This document shows positions 61,505 through 64,000 of a stretch of DNA of 64,000 nt, piece by piece. Source of the DNA: an uncultured Gemmatimonadaceae bacterium (GTDB lineage Bacteria; Gemmatimonadota; Gemmatimonadetes; Gemmatimonadales; Gemmatimonadaceae); contig CAWHHI010000016.1 in assembly GCA_963829055.1 (NCBI GenBank), forward strand, positions 544,001-608,000, written 5' to 3'. Both the position numbers and the translations under genes were made by a program. Positions within the stretch are counted from its first letter, which is position 1. Each line of letters begins with the position of its first letter. The notes beneath the pieces are model-generated. The model had not been told where the DNA came from, did not search any database, and was given only the letters and a program-made list of their open reading frames with translations.

Positions 61505-62382
61505 TTCGCGGGCTCCTGAGGCATCCGATATCCGAACCGCTCGAGCGAACGAACGTCGCGACGCCAGTTGGCGAGGACCTTCACCCAGAGGTCCAGATAA
61601 ACCCCGCTGCCCACGAGACGTTCGATCTTCAGGCGAGCGGCCCGACCAATGTCACGGATTCTGCCGCCTTTCTCGCCGATCAGGATCCTCTTCTGGCTGT
61701 CGCGCTCGACATAAATCGTCGCCCGAATGTACACGGGCGTGCGGTCCTCGCGAAACTCCTCGATTTCGCACGCGACGCTGTACGGTACCTCTTCATCGAG
61801 CTGGTCGAGAGCGGTCTCGCGAATCAATTCCGCAGCAAAGAAGCGCAGCGACTGTGTGCTGACGTCGTCTTCCGGGTAGAGAAACGGGCTCTCGGGCAGC
61901 TCGGCAGTGACGGCCTTCAGCAGTTCGTCCATCCCTTCGCCGGTAAGGGACGATATTGGGATGGCATTGGACGTCGCATCGAGAAGCTGCTGTCGCTCCG
62001 CGGGCGACACGTGATCGATCTTGTTCAACGCCGTAACGACTTTCGCCCGCGGCAAGACATCTATCGCAGCGGCCTCCTGCAGTGATGGCGGCGGGCCGAG
62101 GGTCGCATCGGTGACGTACACAATGACGTCCGCATCGTGCAGGGCGTGTAGCGCCGTGGAGCGCATGACCCGTTGCAGCTCATAGCGCGGCTCGAGCAGC
62201 CCCGGCGTGTCGACAATGACCATCTGGGTGTCGTCGACCGTTCGGATGCCGACGATGCGGTCGCGGGTGGACTGCGGTTTCGGGCTGGTGATACTCAACT
62301 TCTGCCCGACGATGCGATTGAGCATCGTGGACTTCCCTGCGTTCGGCTTGCCTGCGACCGTGACAATGCCAGCGCGTTGCAT
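61501..62382 (-). CDS. era: GTPase Era
   Basis: [37 protein letters not shown] domain. Confidence 0.96.
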   Translation of the reverse strand: MQRAGIVTVAGKPNAGKSTMLNRIVGQKLSITSPKPQSTRDRIVGIRTVDDTQMVIVDTPGLLEPRYELQRVMRSTALHALHDADVIVYVTDATLGPPPSLQEAAAIDVLPRAKVVTALNKIDHVSPAERQQLLDATSNAIPISSLTGEGMDELLKAVTAELPESPFLYPEDDVSTQSLRFFAAELIRETALDQLDEEVPYSVACEIEEFREDRTPVYIRATIYVERDSQKRILIGEKGGRIRDIGRAARLKIERLVGSGVYLDLWVKVLANWRRDVRSLERFGYRMPQEPAK

Positions 62383-62444
62383 GGACGAAAGATACCGTGG
62401 TGTCTTGGTTGCCGCGTGCGCGGTGCCGAACAACAGAACAAATG

Positions 62445-62483
62445 CACAAAGCCCCCGCCGGAATCCCGACGGGGGCTTTGTGT
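62445..62483 (-). terminator. rRNA operon terminator
   Basis: CACAAAGCCCCCG...CGGGGGCTTTGTG hairpin immediately 3' of the 5S gene. Confidence 0.75.
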
Positions 62484-62490
62484 ACTGAGG

Positions 62491-62608
62491 TGCCGGCGAT
62501 GGCCTACTCTCCCGCGACCTCTCGATCGGAGTACCATCGGCGCTGTAGGGCTTAACGACCGTGTTCGGGATGGGAACGGGTGTGGCCCCTACGCTCTAAT
62601 CGCCAGCG
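62491..62608 (-). rRNA. rrf: 5S rRNA
   Basis: Reverse complement has CACACCCGTTCCCATCCCGAACACGG, CGCCGATGGTACT, GGGAGAGTAGG. Confidence 0.96.
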
Positions 62609-62732
62609 ATTTTCGGACGTCGCTGCAAGACAGCGGAATGGAAGTAGTGATCGTGTGTGATCGATTTGTTAATAGATCGTGCAGTGCTCTGCTCGGATTG
62701 TGTGCGGTCGGTTGTTCTCGACCGCCATGCGA

Positions 62733-64000
<1,268 letters not shown>

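Overview
High-GC core-chromosome segment. Gene content and order (Kdo/Lpt and lipid A genes together with mcsA-mcsB-clpC, bshC and a PorV-family barrel) suggest Gemmatimonadota; this is an inference, no search was run. Positions 1-16748 are a + strand run: kdsB-pyrG-kdsA-kdsC-kdsD-lptC-lptA-like-lptB-rpoN, a five-gene glycosylation cluster and dapF. Positions 16897-64000 are all on the - strand: tRNA-Arg, apt, pcm, surE, gpsA, plsY, der, larC, thrC, uvrC, murJ, bshC, rlmH, gdh, the lpx cluster, skp, bamA, clpC-mcsB-mcsA, lolD/lolC, lysS, prfB, a GGDEF protein, era, 5S and partial 23S rRNA. The two runs converge on a clear 28-bp dif (XerCD) site at 16791-16818, so the window probably spans the replication terminus. 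No mobile element or CRISPR array was seen. Many essential genes carry 1-nt frameshifts, most likely long-read assembly errors; only the prfB shift looks programmed. Main unexplained signals: (1) the 8-mer GCCTAACG/CGTTAGGC occurs about 30 times by hand count, mostly inside genes, in several frames and often via rare codons; (2) exported proteins are rich in D-(S/T)-hydrophobic motifs next to a Ppm1-like/YfhO (GT-C) cluster; (3) heptamer-repeat hairpins lie in or at coding sequence; (4) LptB has a ~155-aa N-terminal extension.
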